A DNA stretch of 51,533 nucleotides from Acutalibacteraceae bacterium (GCA_045648365.1 JAZRNX010000017.1:1-51533); one strand, 5' to 3'. Shown: positions 9,402-16,729, counted from the first letter of the stretch. The notes: a model not told the origin generated them from the sequence alone. Numbers and translations are program-made.

Positions 9402-10344
9402 TCTTCTCGTATGCTTTAATAATTTCCTGAACTAGTTTATGACGAACAACATCTTTGCCCGTTAACTGAATAATTGCAATATCATCAATATTTTTAAGAA
9501 CACTTACGGCCTCTTTAAGTCCCGATTTTTTCCCGTCAGGAAGGTCAATTTGAGTAACATCACCCGTTACAACGGCCTTTGAGTTAAAACCAAGACGGGT
9601 TAAAAACATTTTCATCTGTTCAGAAGTTGTATTTTGCGCTTCGTCAAGAATTATAAAACTATCATCAAGAGTTCTGCCTCTCATATATGCAAGAGGCGCA
9701 ACCTCTATGCCACCTCGCTCCTGACACTTTTGAAAATTTGCCGCGCCCAACATATCAAAAAGGGCATCATAAAGAGGCCTAAGATATGGGTCAACCTTTT
9801 GTTGAAGGTCACCTGGTAAAAATCCAAGTTTTTCTCCCGCCTCAACAGCAGGTCTGGTTAAAATAATTCGGTTAACTTGTTTTGACCTAAATGCGCTTAC
9901 AGCATGAGCAACCGCAAGATAGGTTTTACCCGTACCTGCAGGACCAACACCGATAGTTATTGTGTTATTAGCAATGGCATCGATATATTTTTTCTGACCG
10001 AGAGTTTTGGGTTTAACAGGTTTCCCTTTAGAAGTAACACAAATACAATCTGCATCTGTTATACTGCTAATTTTATCCTCGGTGCCGTCATCAATCATAT
10101 CAATAACACAATCTATGTTTTGCTCCGTTATATTTTCGCCTTTGCTTATCATAACCAGCAAACAATTAATTGCTTTTGAAGCCATAGAAACATTTGTGGC
10201 ATCGCCACTGATTTTAAGGCGGCCACCGTGATAGGTTATATTAACTTTATACTGTTTTTCAATTTTTTTGATATTTACATCAAAATTACCGAATAATGCG
10301 ACGATATCTTCAATTCGTTCAATATCAATAAACTGCTCTAACAA
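9352..10344 (-). CDS. phoH: PhoH-family ATPase
   Basis: Walker A GPAGTGKTYLAV, Walker B FIILDEAQN and a conserved GDVTQIDLP motif. Confidence 0.9.
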   Translation of the reverse strand: MLEQFIDIERIEDIVALFGNFDVNIKKIEKQYKVNITYHGGRLKISGDATNVSMASKAINCLLVMISKGENITEQNIDCVIDMIDDGTEDKISSITDADCICVTSKGKPVKPKTLGQKKYIDAIANNTITIGVGPAGTGKTYLAVAHAVSAFRSKQVNRIILTRPAVEAGEKLGFLPGDLQQKVDPYLRPLYDALFDMLGAANFQKCQERGGIEVAPLAYMRGRTLDDSFIILDEAQNTTSEQMKMFLTRLGFNSKAVVTGDVTQIDLPDGKKSGLKEAVSVLKNIDDIAIIQLTGKDVVRHKLVQEIIKAYEKNGNKNENKSKYNQQSK

Positions 10345-10408
10345 AAAAATACTCCTAACTTTTGAATATATATAATTATATTTATTATAAGCAAAATATA
10401 CTGAAAAG

Positions 10409-11572
10409 TCAATTTATACTATTAATAAGTATGGGTTGATTTTCTGCAATATTTTCCTCGACAACAATTCTCTGCCTTATTGTTATACCACTATTCGAAA
10501 ATTCTACTTGTTTTTCATTTTTATCAATTATTTTTAGATTCAAATTTTCTATTTCCTTATCAAGTTTATTATTAAGAATTTTTAACAGTTCTTCTGTGGT
10601 ATATTTTTTATCAACTTCTTTAGTTATTTGTGAGATTTTCTGATGTTTAATTATTGGCAGTTTTTCGCCAAACAATTTAATATTTTTCGAATTATAAGTA
10701 TCCACACTACTACCTTTTTTCTCAGCTAAATAAAGAGGAATTCTAAGTGTAAATACTTCAAAAACAGTTCTTCTTTTAATCTTATTAGTTTTGATAAAAA
10801 TTTTTTGATTATAATTATCTGTAACCGTAATATCCATATTTGAAAAAGCGGTAACTGTTCCTTTAGAATTAACAAATGTAGTACTGCTTAAATTCTCAAT
10901 AATTCCCGAAACAAGTATATCACCTTTTCTGACCGTATCACCTATTTTTACATTTACAGTTCCAGAAGTAACATCTATTTTTTTGATTTCTCCGTCTGAT
11001 TTTGCGATTAAATTTGAAGGCACTATATCATCATTTGTATTTTTGGATTCCGTTATATTAACAGTTAGTAAAGTTCCCTCAATGTTTAAAGATGCCCACG
11101 CTAGTTTTTTATGGTCAATAAGTAATTGTTGGGCGAATTTTAATGTATCTATTTTTTTAATTCTAGTCCCAATTTTTATATTGTATCTTTGGCACAGATT
11201 TATTATTTCTTTATCATTTACTTTATCTGTTCCTACAATTTTAATATTCCAAATAAATCCCGATAAAAATTCAATTAAAATGATAAAAATTGCAAATCCT
11301 ACAATAAATCCTAAGCGATTTTTATATTTTACGGTTTTGAAAGGAAGCCCCCGTTTTTTTATTATATGTATTTTTGCGCTTCTTTTTGGTCGAACACTTC
11401 TTAATTTTCTAAAATCTTTCACCTTGATATCCCCGATTATTGCTCCGTTTTTATAATGTAATCTTCTATATCTGATGCCATATTTTGCGCACAGATTTAA
11501 TATTTGTTCACATCCGTCTCCACTTATGGATATGGTAACATATCCTGATAAATACTGTAATAGATTAAACAT
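10409..11572 (-). CDS. yqfD: sporulation protein YqfD
   Basis: An N-terminal YLSGYVTISISG motif, one central TM helix, and a position directly after yqfC as in Bacillus. I set the start at ATG 11572, which has GAGGTG 7 nt upstream; the track start 11587 is a TTG. Confidence 0.8.
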   Translation of the reverse strand: MFNLLQYLSGYVTISISGDGCEQILNLCAKYGIRYRRLHYKNGAIIGDIKVKDFRKLRSVRPKRSAKIHIIKKRGLPFKTVKYKNRLGFIVGFAIFIILIEFLSGFIWNIKIVGTDKVNDKEIINLCQRYNIKIGTRIKKIDTLKFAQQLLIDHKKLAWASLNIEGTLLTVNITESKNTNDDIVPSNLIAKSDGEIKKIDVTSGTVNVKIGDTVRKGDILVSGIIENLSSTTFVNSKGTVTAFSNMDITVTDNYNQKIFIKTNKIKRRTVFEVFTLRIPLYLAEKKGSSVDTYNSKNIKLFGEKLPIIKHQKISQITKEVDKKYTTEELLKILNNKLDKEIENLNLKIIDKNEKQVEFSNSGITIRQRIVVEENIAENQPILINSIN

Positions 11573-11583
11573 TTTTATACACC

Positions 11584-11877
11584 TCAACAGAATTCCACAG
11601 AATTTATAACACCAATTATATCAATAATATTTTCTTCAAAACTTTGTATAACAAACTTAGTTCCAAAAATCAGCAAATATCCGTTTGATAACTTAAGTTT
11701 GATATAATCATTGTTAAAATCTATCACCTTTTTACACCCGTCAACTATTATCTCGCTATCAGAAAAAATCTGAATATTTGAGCCGGTTAACATTTCCCTA
11801 TTTATCAGTTTGTTTTCACCCATACCAAAATTAATCCGTTTTTTATTTTTTGAATTAAAAACAAATTTCTTTCCCAA
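11584..11877 (-). CDS. yqfC: YabP/YqfC-family sporulation protein
   Basis: 97 aa and beta-rich (IQIFSDSEIIVDGCKKVIDFNNDYIKLKL...). Synteny with yqfD supports the call. It uses a TTG start with a weak GGGTGTG RBS. Confidence 0.65.
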   Translation of the reverse strand: MGKKFVFNSKNKKRINFGMGENKLINREMLTGSNIQIFSDSEIIVDGCKKVIDFNNDYIKLKLSNGYLLIFGTKFVIQSFEENIIDIIGVINSVEFC

Positions 11878-11967
11878 AACAACACACCCTATATTATCTT
11901 CTAATCTAAACTATGATTGAGAAATAATAATAATTCTATTAATCATATAGTTATTTAGGGTGATGAA

Positions 11968-13020
11968 ATGAGTAAAAACAACTTTATAAAATCCACGTTA
12001 AGTTTTTTAATAATAACATTCATTATTTTTTTAATCTTTATTTATCAAGATGAATGCAAAAACGGTGTAATTAACGGTATTCTTATAAGTGGAAATATAA
12101 TTATTCCGTCACTTTTCCCTTTTACTGTTTGTGTTTTAATGCTGATTAAATGCGGTATAAACAGATACATAGAAAAGACAGAAAAGTTTATTTTTAAAAT
12201 CACGGGTTTAAATTCATCGGAATTTTTAGTTTTTATTCTCTCTTTTATCGGCGGTTACCCTATTGGTGCAAAACTTATTAATGAAACTATAAAAGAAAAT
12301 AATACTACGCCCTTAAGGGCCAATAAAATTCTAATGTATTCTATAAATGGCGGTCCCGCATTTATAATTTTAGCAGTTGGAAACGGAATTTTAAATTCAA
12401 AGTCAATCGGCACTGTTCTGCTAATTTCACATATTATTTCTTCTCTTTTAGTTTCGCTTATATTAGCACCGTTTCTTAAACACACTCCATACAATTCAAA
12501 ACCTATTAACACACAAAAATCATTGGCCGATAACTTTGTTGACAGTGTTGTAAATGCATCTTCTACACTTCTTAATATCTGCGCGTTTATTATAATTTTT
12601 TCCGCCCTTGGTGAAATTTTAAATGGAATTAAAACATTAGAGCCTGTTACATATATTTTAGAAATTACAACAGCTATTAGAAAAACAAAAAATATTTATT
12701 TAATTTCTTTTCTATTGGGTTTTGGCGGAATAAGTGTTTGGTTGCAAATTATTGCCTGTTGTAAAAATTTTAAGGTTAAAATTTTATCGCTGGTAACTTC
12801 TAGAGTTATTATAGGAATCCTTAATTCAGCTTTTACCTATATCATTGTAAAATTGTTTAAATTTGAATGTTATACGTTTTCAAATAATATATCATCTATT
12901 TCTAATTACATTTATAAAACGCCATCACTGACCATTTCACTTATTCTAATGATAATCCTATTGATTATTTCTTTAGAAAGAAAATTTGATAGTGGAAATT
13001 TGAAGAAAGATTTGATATAA
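11968..13020 (+). CDS. nucleoside-recognition/Gate-domain integral membrane protein (YlbJ-like sporulation membrane protein)
   Basis: 350 aa with about 9 TM helices. The N-terminal GVINGILISGNIIIPSLFPF pattern resembles the YlbJ/SpmA-type Gate domain. The family assignment is from memory only. Confidence 0.5.
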   Translation: MSKNNFIKSTLSFLIITFIIFLIFIYQDECKNGVINGILISGNIIIPSLFPFTVCVLMLIKCGINRYIEKTEKFIFKITGLNSSEFLVFILSFIGGYPIGAKLINETIKENNTTPLRANKILMYSINGGPAFIILAVGNGILNSKSIGTVLLISHIISSLLVSLILAPFLKHTPYNSKPINTQKSLADNFVDSVVNASSTLLNICAFIIIFSALGEILNGIKTLEPVTYILEITTAIRKTKNIYLISFLLGFGGISVWLQIIACCKNFKVKILSLVTSRVIIGILNSAFTYIIVKLFKFECYTFSNNISSISNYIYKTPSLTISLILMIILLIISLERKFDSGNLKKDLI

Positions 13021-13036
13021 TAAGTGTGGTGATAAT

Positions 13037-13249
13037 ATGGCTTCAATTTTTAATAAAAAACTTTCTAAATCTTGTTCCTTTTGCGTTTACGGAAATAAGT
13101 CCGAATATTCTGACGAGATTTTCTGCGCAAAACACGGAGTTACAAACAAACGCGATTACTGCCGCCATTATAAATATGATATATTAAAAAGAAAGCCTGA
13201 TAGAATTAAGGCAACTGATGGCTTTACCGACAAAGATTTTTCACTATAA
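13037..13249 (+). CDS. small Cys/His-rich hypothetical protein (70 aa)
   Basis: The ORF begins 16 nt after the upstream gene and has a GGTGA RBS. The CxxC...C..H...C..H spacing (CSFC, CAKH, CRH) suggests a zinc-binding mini-domain. Confidence 0.5.
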   Translation: MASIFNKKLSKSCSFCVYGNKSEYSDEIFCAKHGVTNKRDYCRHYKYDILKRKPDRIKATDGFTDKDFSL

Positions 13250-13263
13250 TTGCAAAAAATCAC

Positions 13264-13291
13264 TTGACAATTTATTTTGTTATGATATAAT
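13264..13291 (+). promoter_or_regulatory. strong sigma-A promoter of the tRNA locus
   Basis: TTGACA (13264-13269), a 16-nt spacer, then an extended -10 TGaTATAAT (13283-13291). This lies about 15 nt upstream of tRNA-His. Confidence 0.6.
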
Positions 13292-13305
13292 AGATTTTGC
13301 GTTAC

Positions 13306-13383
13306 GGTGGATGTAGCTTAGTTGGTTAAAGCGCCAGTTTGTGGCACTGGAGATCGTGGGTTCGAATCCCATCTTCCACCCCA
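13306..13383 (+). tRNA. tRNA-His (anticodon GTG), CCA encoded
   Basis: A cloverleaf can be drawn by hand: extra 5' G(-1), D arm AGCTTAGTTGGTTAAAGC, anticodon arm CCAGT-TTGTGGC-ACTGG, T arm GTGGG-TTCGAAT-CCCAT and 3' end ...CCACC-CCA. Confidence 0.9.
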
Positions 13384-13385
13384 GC

Positions 13386-13417
13386 AAAAAAGCACTTGCT
13401 GTCGCAAGTGCTTTTTT
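13386..13417 (+). terminator. intrinsic terminator immediately after tRNA-His
   Basis: AGCACTTGC-tgtc-GCAAGTGCT followed by TTTTTT. Confidence 0.75.
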
Positions 13418-13435
13418 AAAAAATAAATTTAATAT

Positions 13436-13491
13436 TGGGGTGTCGTCAAGCGGTAAGACACAGCACTTTGACTGCTGCATTCGTAGGTTCG
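13436..13491 (+). pseudogene. truncated tRNA-Gln copy (nt 1-56, breaks in the T loop)
   Basis: The 56 nt are identical to 13637-13692 of the intact tRNA-Gln (acceptor 5' strand through GTAGGTTCG). After TTCG the sequence diverges (tcgaagctgccgc...). No matching CACCCCA acceptor 3' strand follows. Confidence 0.8.
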
Positions 13492-13636
13492 TCGAAGCTG
13501 CCGCAAAGCCGCGTTAGGATTTGCGGACTGCGTAGTCGCGAGCAGTTGAATTTTTTCGGTAACACTCGCAGTGTTCGAAAAAATCCACGGCACAGCGTAC
13601 CCTGCCACCTGGCAGGATTAAATTAAAACTAAATAC
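13492..13636 (+). other. highly structured 145-nt spacer (X) containing degenerate tRNA-Gln 3'-half pieces
   Basis: Hairpins: CCGCAAA/TTTGCGG (13501-13526) and a 14-bp bulged hairpin at 13550-13584 (ATTTTTTCG-gt-AACACT cgc AGTGTT CGAAAAAAT). There is a T-loop-like GTTCGAAaaaaTCC at 13573-13586, a forward CCCTGCCACC at 13600-13609 and an abutting inverted TGGCAGGATT at 13610-13619. Confidence 0.4.
13600..13619. repeat. palindrome built from the tRNA-Gln T-stem/acceptor 3' segment
   Basis: CCTGCCA-cc-TGGCAGG. The left arm matches tRNA-Gln 13696-13704 (cctgccacc) and the right arm is the reverse complement of aatcctgcca. Confidence 0.7.
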
Positions 13637-13711
13637 TGGGGTGTCGTCAAGCGGTAAGACACAGCACTTTGACTGCTGCATTCGTAGGTTCGAATCCTGC
13701 CACCCCAGCCA
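13637..13711 (+). tRNA. tRNA-Gln (anticodon TTG), CCA encoded
   Basis: Acceptor TGGGGTG/CACCCCA, 3-bp D stem, anticodon arm CAGCA-CTTTGAC-TGCTG, T arm GTAGG-TTCGAAT-CCTGC, discriminator G + CCA. Total 75 nt. Confidence 0.95.
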
Positions 13712-13717
13712 ATACAC

Positions 13718-13750
13718 AGCACTAACCTTTAGGTTGGTGCTATTTGTTTT
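13718..13750 (+). terminator. intrinsic terminator after tRNA-Gln
   Basis: AGCACTAACC-ttta-GGTTGGTGCT (one G-U pair) followed by aTTTgTTTT. Confidence 0.7.
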
Positions 13751-13754
13751 ATAT

Positions 13755-13866
13755 GCAGGATTCGAAACGACCTCCAAACTCTGTGAATGAAACGAGCAAA
13801 GAGTTTGGGAGAACAGTCCTGTGGACTGTTCGATAGTCGGAGAAGAGAATCCTGCCACCCCAGCCA
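13755..13866 (+). ncRNA. candidate ~112-nt structured RNA (Y) ending in the exact 3' 20 nt of tRNA-Gln
   Basis: A closing helix pairs GCAGGATTC (13755-13763, an inverted copy of the T arm) with GAATCCTGC (13847-13855). Inside are hairpins CTCCAAACTCT/AGAGTTTGgGAG (13772-13811) and AACAGTCC-tgt-GGACTGTT (12-13830), and a possible CGAC/GTCG helix. The 3' tail is CACCCCAGCCA. No promoter was identified and expression is unproven. Confidence 0.4.
13847..13866 (+). repeat. direct repeat of the tRNA-Gln 3' end (T-loop 3' part to CCA)
   Basis: GAATCCTGCCACCCCAGCCA is identical to 13692-13711. Confidence 0.9.
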
Positions 13867-13901
13867 AAAAGAGCGTTAACCTTTTGGTTAGCGCTCTTTT
13901 T
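13866..13901. terminator. bidirectional intrinsic terminator closing the tRNA locus and the convergent lipoprotein gene
   Basis: AAAAA-GAGCGTTAACC-tttt-GGTTAGCGCTC-TTTTT. Confidence 0.8.
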
Positions 13902-13910
13902 CAGTGTTAT

Positions 13911-14264
13911 TTACGGCTCACAAATCTTACAAGGTGAATAACCTTGTAAGATTAATTCATTTCTGTTTTCTGTAATGTAAAGTTTTGAGTTGTCAGCACT
14001 AGAAGCATATCTGCAAGTGTTTTTATGAAATTTCTTTGAGCTAGTATTTGCATAATATAATAACGGTGTGCCTGTTTGTGGTTTATCATTTTGAATAACG
14101 CTATTATTAATCCCTGGTTTTCTGTAACCATTAATTGTATTATCAGTAGGCATTTTTATGATTACCTCGTCTGAAACATTATCTTCTGTTTTTGCTTCGT
14201 TGCAACCGACAAAAGTAACTAAAACACAAAATACCGATATACAAATAAATGCTCGTTTAAACAT
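13911..14264 (-). CDS. putative lipoprotein with C-terminal Cys-containing motif
   Basis: MFKRAFICISVFCVLVTFVGC has a lipobox (FVGC). The C-terminus FHKNTCRY...SPCKICEP resembles small Cys-rich metal-binding tails. I set the start at ATG 14264 because the track's TTG 14297 lies inside the pbp terminator hairpin. Confidence 0.55.
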   Translation of the reverse strand: MFKRAFICISVFCVLVTFVGCNEAKTEDNVSDEVIIKMPTDNTINGYRKPGINNSVIQNDKPQTGTPLLYYANTSSKKFHKNTCRYASSADNSKLYITENRNELILQGYSPCKICEP

Positions 14265-14279
14265 ACATTCACCATTTTC

Positions 14280-14316
14280 AAAGAAATAACCTGTCAATTA
14301 AGTTTGACAGGTTATT
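14280..14316 (-). terminator. intrinsic terminator after the PBP gene
   Basis: AATAACCTGTCAA-ttaagt-TTGACAGGTTATT, with a moderately T-rich tail on the minus strand. Confidence 0.65.
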
Positions 14317-14323
14317 AAAATTT

Positions 14324-16597
14324 TTATTGTGCAGGAGCAGGAGTGGGTGCCTCGGTAGAAGGTACTTCTTGGCTTGGCGCTCCAAGAGGGGTTCCTGTGT
14401 GTGCGGTGCACATTTCGGGAAGCTTACCCTTCTTATACCAACCAACTGCCTTTGTAGGACAAGTATCCGTAGCTAAAAGACCTGTTTCGGTGCAGTAATA
14501 TCTATCATAAGCATAACTACTGTCCGCAAAATCCTTTGTCGGAAGTTCAGCGTGGATTTTACCCATAACAGAGCCCCACATACGAAGAGCTATACTACTT
14601 TGCGGTATACGCTGTTGCGAATCATAACCGCACCAACAAGAAGCAATATAATACGGTGTTCCGCCAACAAACCATAGGTCATACTGGTCATTAGTAGTAC
14701 CTGTTTTAGCATAAATGGGCATATTAGACACATAGGATTTTGCGTTTTTACCAGTACCGTTTTCGCCATCAACTACCTTTCTTAAAAGGTGATTCATAAC
14801 AGTAGCAGTATCTTCACTAATAGCAACACTTGGCTCAGATTCGTTTTCTAAAATAACCTCACCGTGCTGGTCGCAAACTTTAGTATATAAAATTGGCTCA
14901 TAATAGATTCCGCCGTTACCAAAAACAGCAAAAGCTGCAGCAGATTCAAATGTTGTAATACCGCCGTTGGTACCACCGATACCTAAAGGTGATAAATCAA
15001 TATCCTCTGGATTATTAAGGGTAGTCACACCAAGCTTTTTAGTAAGAAAATCATAAGAAGCCTGCGGTGTCATTTTATTAACCAAAGCAATTGGTATAGT
15101 ATTTATAGAGCGTTCAAGCGCATATTGTACGGTAACATTGCCCATATAACCGCTATACCAGTTTTTAGGTGTCCAACCGCGATAGGTTGTAGCCTCGTCT
15201 GCAAGTATAGAAGAATAATTAATTAAATTTTTTTCAATGGCCAAGCTGTAAGATGCGATAGGTTTCATGGTCGAACCGGGTTGTCTTATTGCATCGGTAG
15301 CGCGATTAAATCCGCTAATACCCAAATTAACATCCTTCTTACCGATTCCGCCAACCAAACCTTTCACATTACCCTTATAATCCATTATGGTAAATGCACC
15401 TTGAAGCTGTTTGCCATCGGCGCCCTTTAAACCATAGGTTTCAGAATCAACAAATACAGATTCTATTTTGCCTTGGATAGAAGGGTCCATAGTTGCATAG
15501 ATTTTATATCCGCCATTATAGAAATTTTTAACTGCTTCCTCAGGCTCGTAATCATACTTTTCTGCCAAATCTTCTGAAACTTGTTTAATAAGAGCTTCAA
15601 CAAAATAGGAATTAATCTCTGTCTCATTAAGTTCCTCTCTTGAAGCTACCAGTTTAAGTTCTTCATTTTTAGCGGCATCATATTCTTCTTCGGTAATATA
15701 CCCTTGGTCAAGCATCTGATAAAGAACTGTATTTCTTCTTGTTTTGTTATTATCAGGATATGTGTCAGGAGCGTAATAGGTTGGGCTCTTGGTAATGGAA
15801 GCAAGAGTTGCACATTCAAGCAAAGTAAGTTCATTAGCGCTTTTACCGAAATAATAATTAGCGGCAACCTCAACACCGTAAGTTCCATGCCCTAAGGGAA
15901 TGGTATTTAAGTAACATTCCATAATAGTAGGTTTTGCATAGTTCTTTTCGAGATATCTTGCTCTCATAATCTCACGGATTTTACGGCTCACTTTTCTATC
16001 ATTATCCATAGTGAGATTTTTAACAAGCTGTTGAGTGATAGTTGAACCGCCACCATCAGAGGCATTATCAGTAACTAAGTTTAAGAAACCTTTTGCAGTA
16101 CGCTTCCAGTCAACGCCTGGGTGTTTAAAGAAACGCTTATCTTCAATAGCTACAAAGGCGTCAACTAACTGCTGGGGGATACCTTCATAATCCTCTGCCT
16201 TTTCCTTAGCGGCAGTTTCGTCATAATGAATCCAGATTCGGTTATATTCGCCGTGCAATCTTTGGTATTCGTTCCAGTCACCCTTGGCATCTTGTGTATA
16301 AACGGTGGTAGTAAAATTAAGTTTTAAATCGTTAAGATTTTGTTCCATAGTACCGTCTATGGCAGTGAAAACATAAATCAAAAACGAACCGATACCTATA
16401 CTGAATGCAATTACACATGCTAAGAAAGAAACTAAAACAGTCTTGATTATCTTTTCTTTGTTCTTAATCTTTTTGTTTTTTTCCTCAGCGATAGAATCGG
16501 TAGCGCCTGAAGAAAAAATATTAAGGTCTAGCGAATCATTATCAGTTTCAATATTTTCTTTTTCGTTGCTGTTACTGAAAAGGTCATCAAATTCCAT
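14324..16597 (-). CDS. bifunctional class A penicillin-binding protein (glycosyltransferase GT51 + transpeptidase)
   Basis: GT51 motifs (AIEDKRFFKHPGVD, GGSTITQQLVKN, RKIREI) and transpeptidase motifs STMK, SIN and KTGTT, with an N-terminal TM anchor. I set the start at ATG 16597 with GGAGGTG upstream; the track start 16648 is over-extended. Confidence 0.9.
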   Translation of the reverse strand: MEFDDLFSNSNEKENIETDNDSLDLNIFSSGATDSIAEEKNKKIKNKEKIIKTVLVSFLACVIAFSIGIGSFLIYVFTAIDGTMEQNLNDLKLNFTTTVYTQDAKGDWNEYQRLHGEYNRIWIHYDETAAKEKAEDYEGIPQQLVDAFVAIEDKRFFKHPGVDWKRTAKGFLNLVTDNASDGGGSTITQQLVKNLTMDNDRKVSRKIREIMRARYLEKNYAKPTIMECYLNTIPLGHGTYGVEVAANYYFGKSANELTLLECATLASITKSPTYYAPDTYPDNNKTRRNTVLYQMLDQGYITEEEYDAAKNEELKLVASREELNETEINSYFVEALIKQVSEDLAEKYDYEPEEAVKNFYNGGYKIYATMDPSIQGKIESVFVDSETYGLKGADGKQLQGAFTIMDYKGNVKGLVGGIGKKDVNLGISGFNRATDAIRQPGSTMKPIASYSLAIEKNLINYSSILADEATTYRGWTPKNWYSGYMGNVTVQYALERSINTIPIALVNKMTPQASYDFLTKKLGVTTLNNPEDIDLSPLGIGGTNGGITTFESAAAFAVFGNGGIYYEPILYTKVCDQHGEVILENESEPSVAISEDTATVMNHLLRKVVDGENGTGKNAKSYVSNMPIYAKTGTTNDQYDLWFVGGTPYYIASCWCGYDSQQRIPQSSIALRMWGSVMGKIHAELPTKDFADSSYAYDRYYCTETGLLATDTCPTKAVGWYKKGKLPEMCTAHTGTPLGAPSQEVPSTEAPTPAPAQ

Positions 16598-16729
16598 AAC
16601 AACACCTCCATAAAATAGAACAATTTTCCACTTAATACAGTATAACACAAAATTAAATTTTGTGTAGTTACAATTTTTTAACCATTATAAATATTATTTT
16701 TGAGGGAATAATAGTTTGGGAGTGATTTT

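Noticed and set aside
13779-13795. Hammerhead-like string CTGTGAATGAAAC inside the candidate RNA.
   Set aside because: It does not match the CUGAUGA...GAAA core with an intervening stem II. It sits entirely in a hairpin loop.
13436-13866. Self-splicing intron or split (trans-spliced) tRNA-Gln.
   Set aside because: The interruption is in the T loop rather than the anticodon loop, where bacterial tRNA group I introns sit. The spacers (110-145 nt) are too short for a group I core and show no recognisable P3-P7 elements. The sequences flanking the 5' and 3' fragments are not complementary, as split-tRNA leaders are. The interrupting segment also contains a complete tRNA with its own terminator.
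13637-13866. Integrated mobile element or prophage at tRNA-Gln (intact tRNA + 20-nt direct repeat of its 3' end, an attL/attR-like arrangement).
   Set aside because: Only 135 nt separate the gene from the repeat, and there is no integrase, excisionase or any ORF. At most it is a scar. I kept it only as one explanation within the tRNA-mosaic finding.
13280-13867. Track ORFs 13280-13480(-), 13435-13626(+) and 13514-13867(-), which suggest 63-117-aa proteins.
   Set aside because: They run straight through tRNA-His, tRNA-Gln, their fragments and three terminator hairpins, and none has an RBS. They are artefacts of the GC-richer RNA locus.
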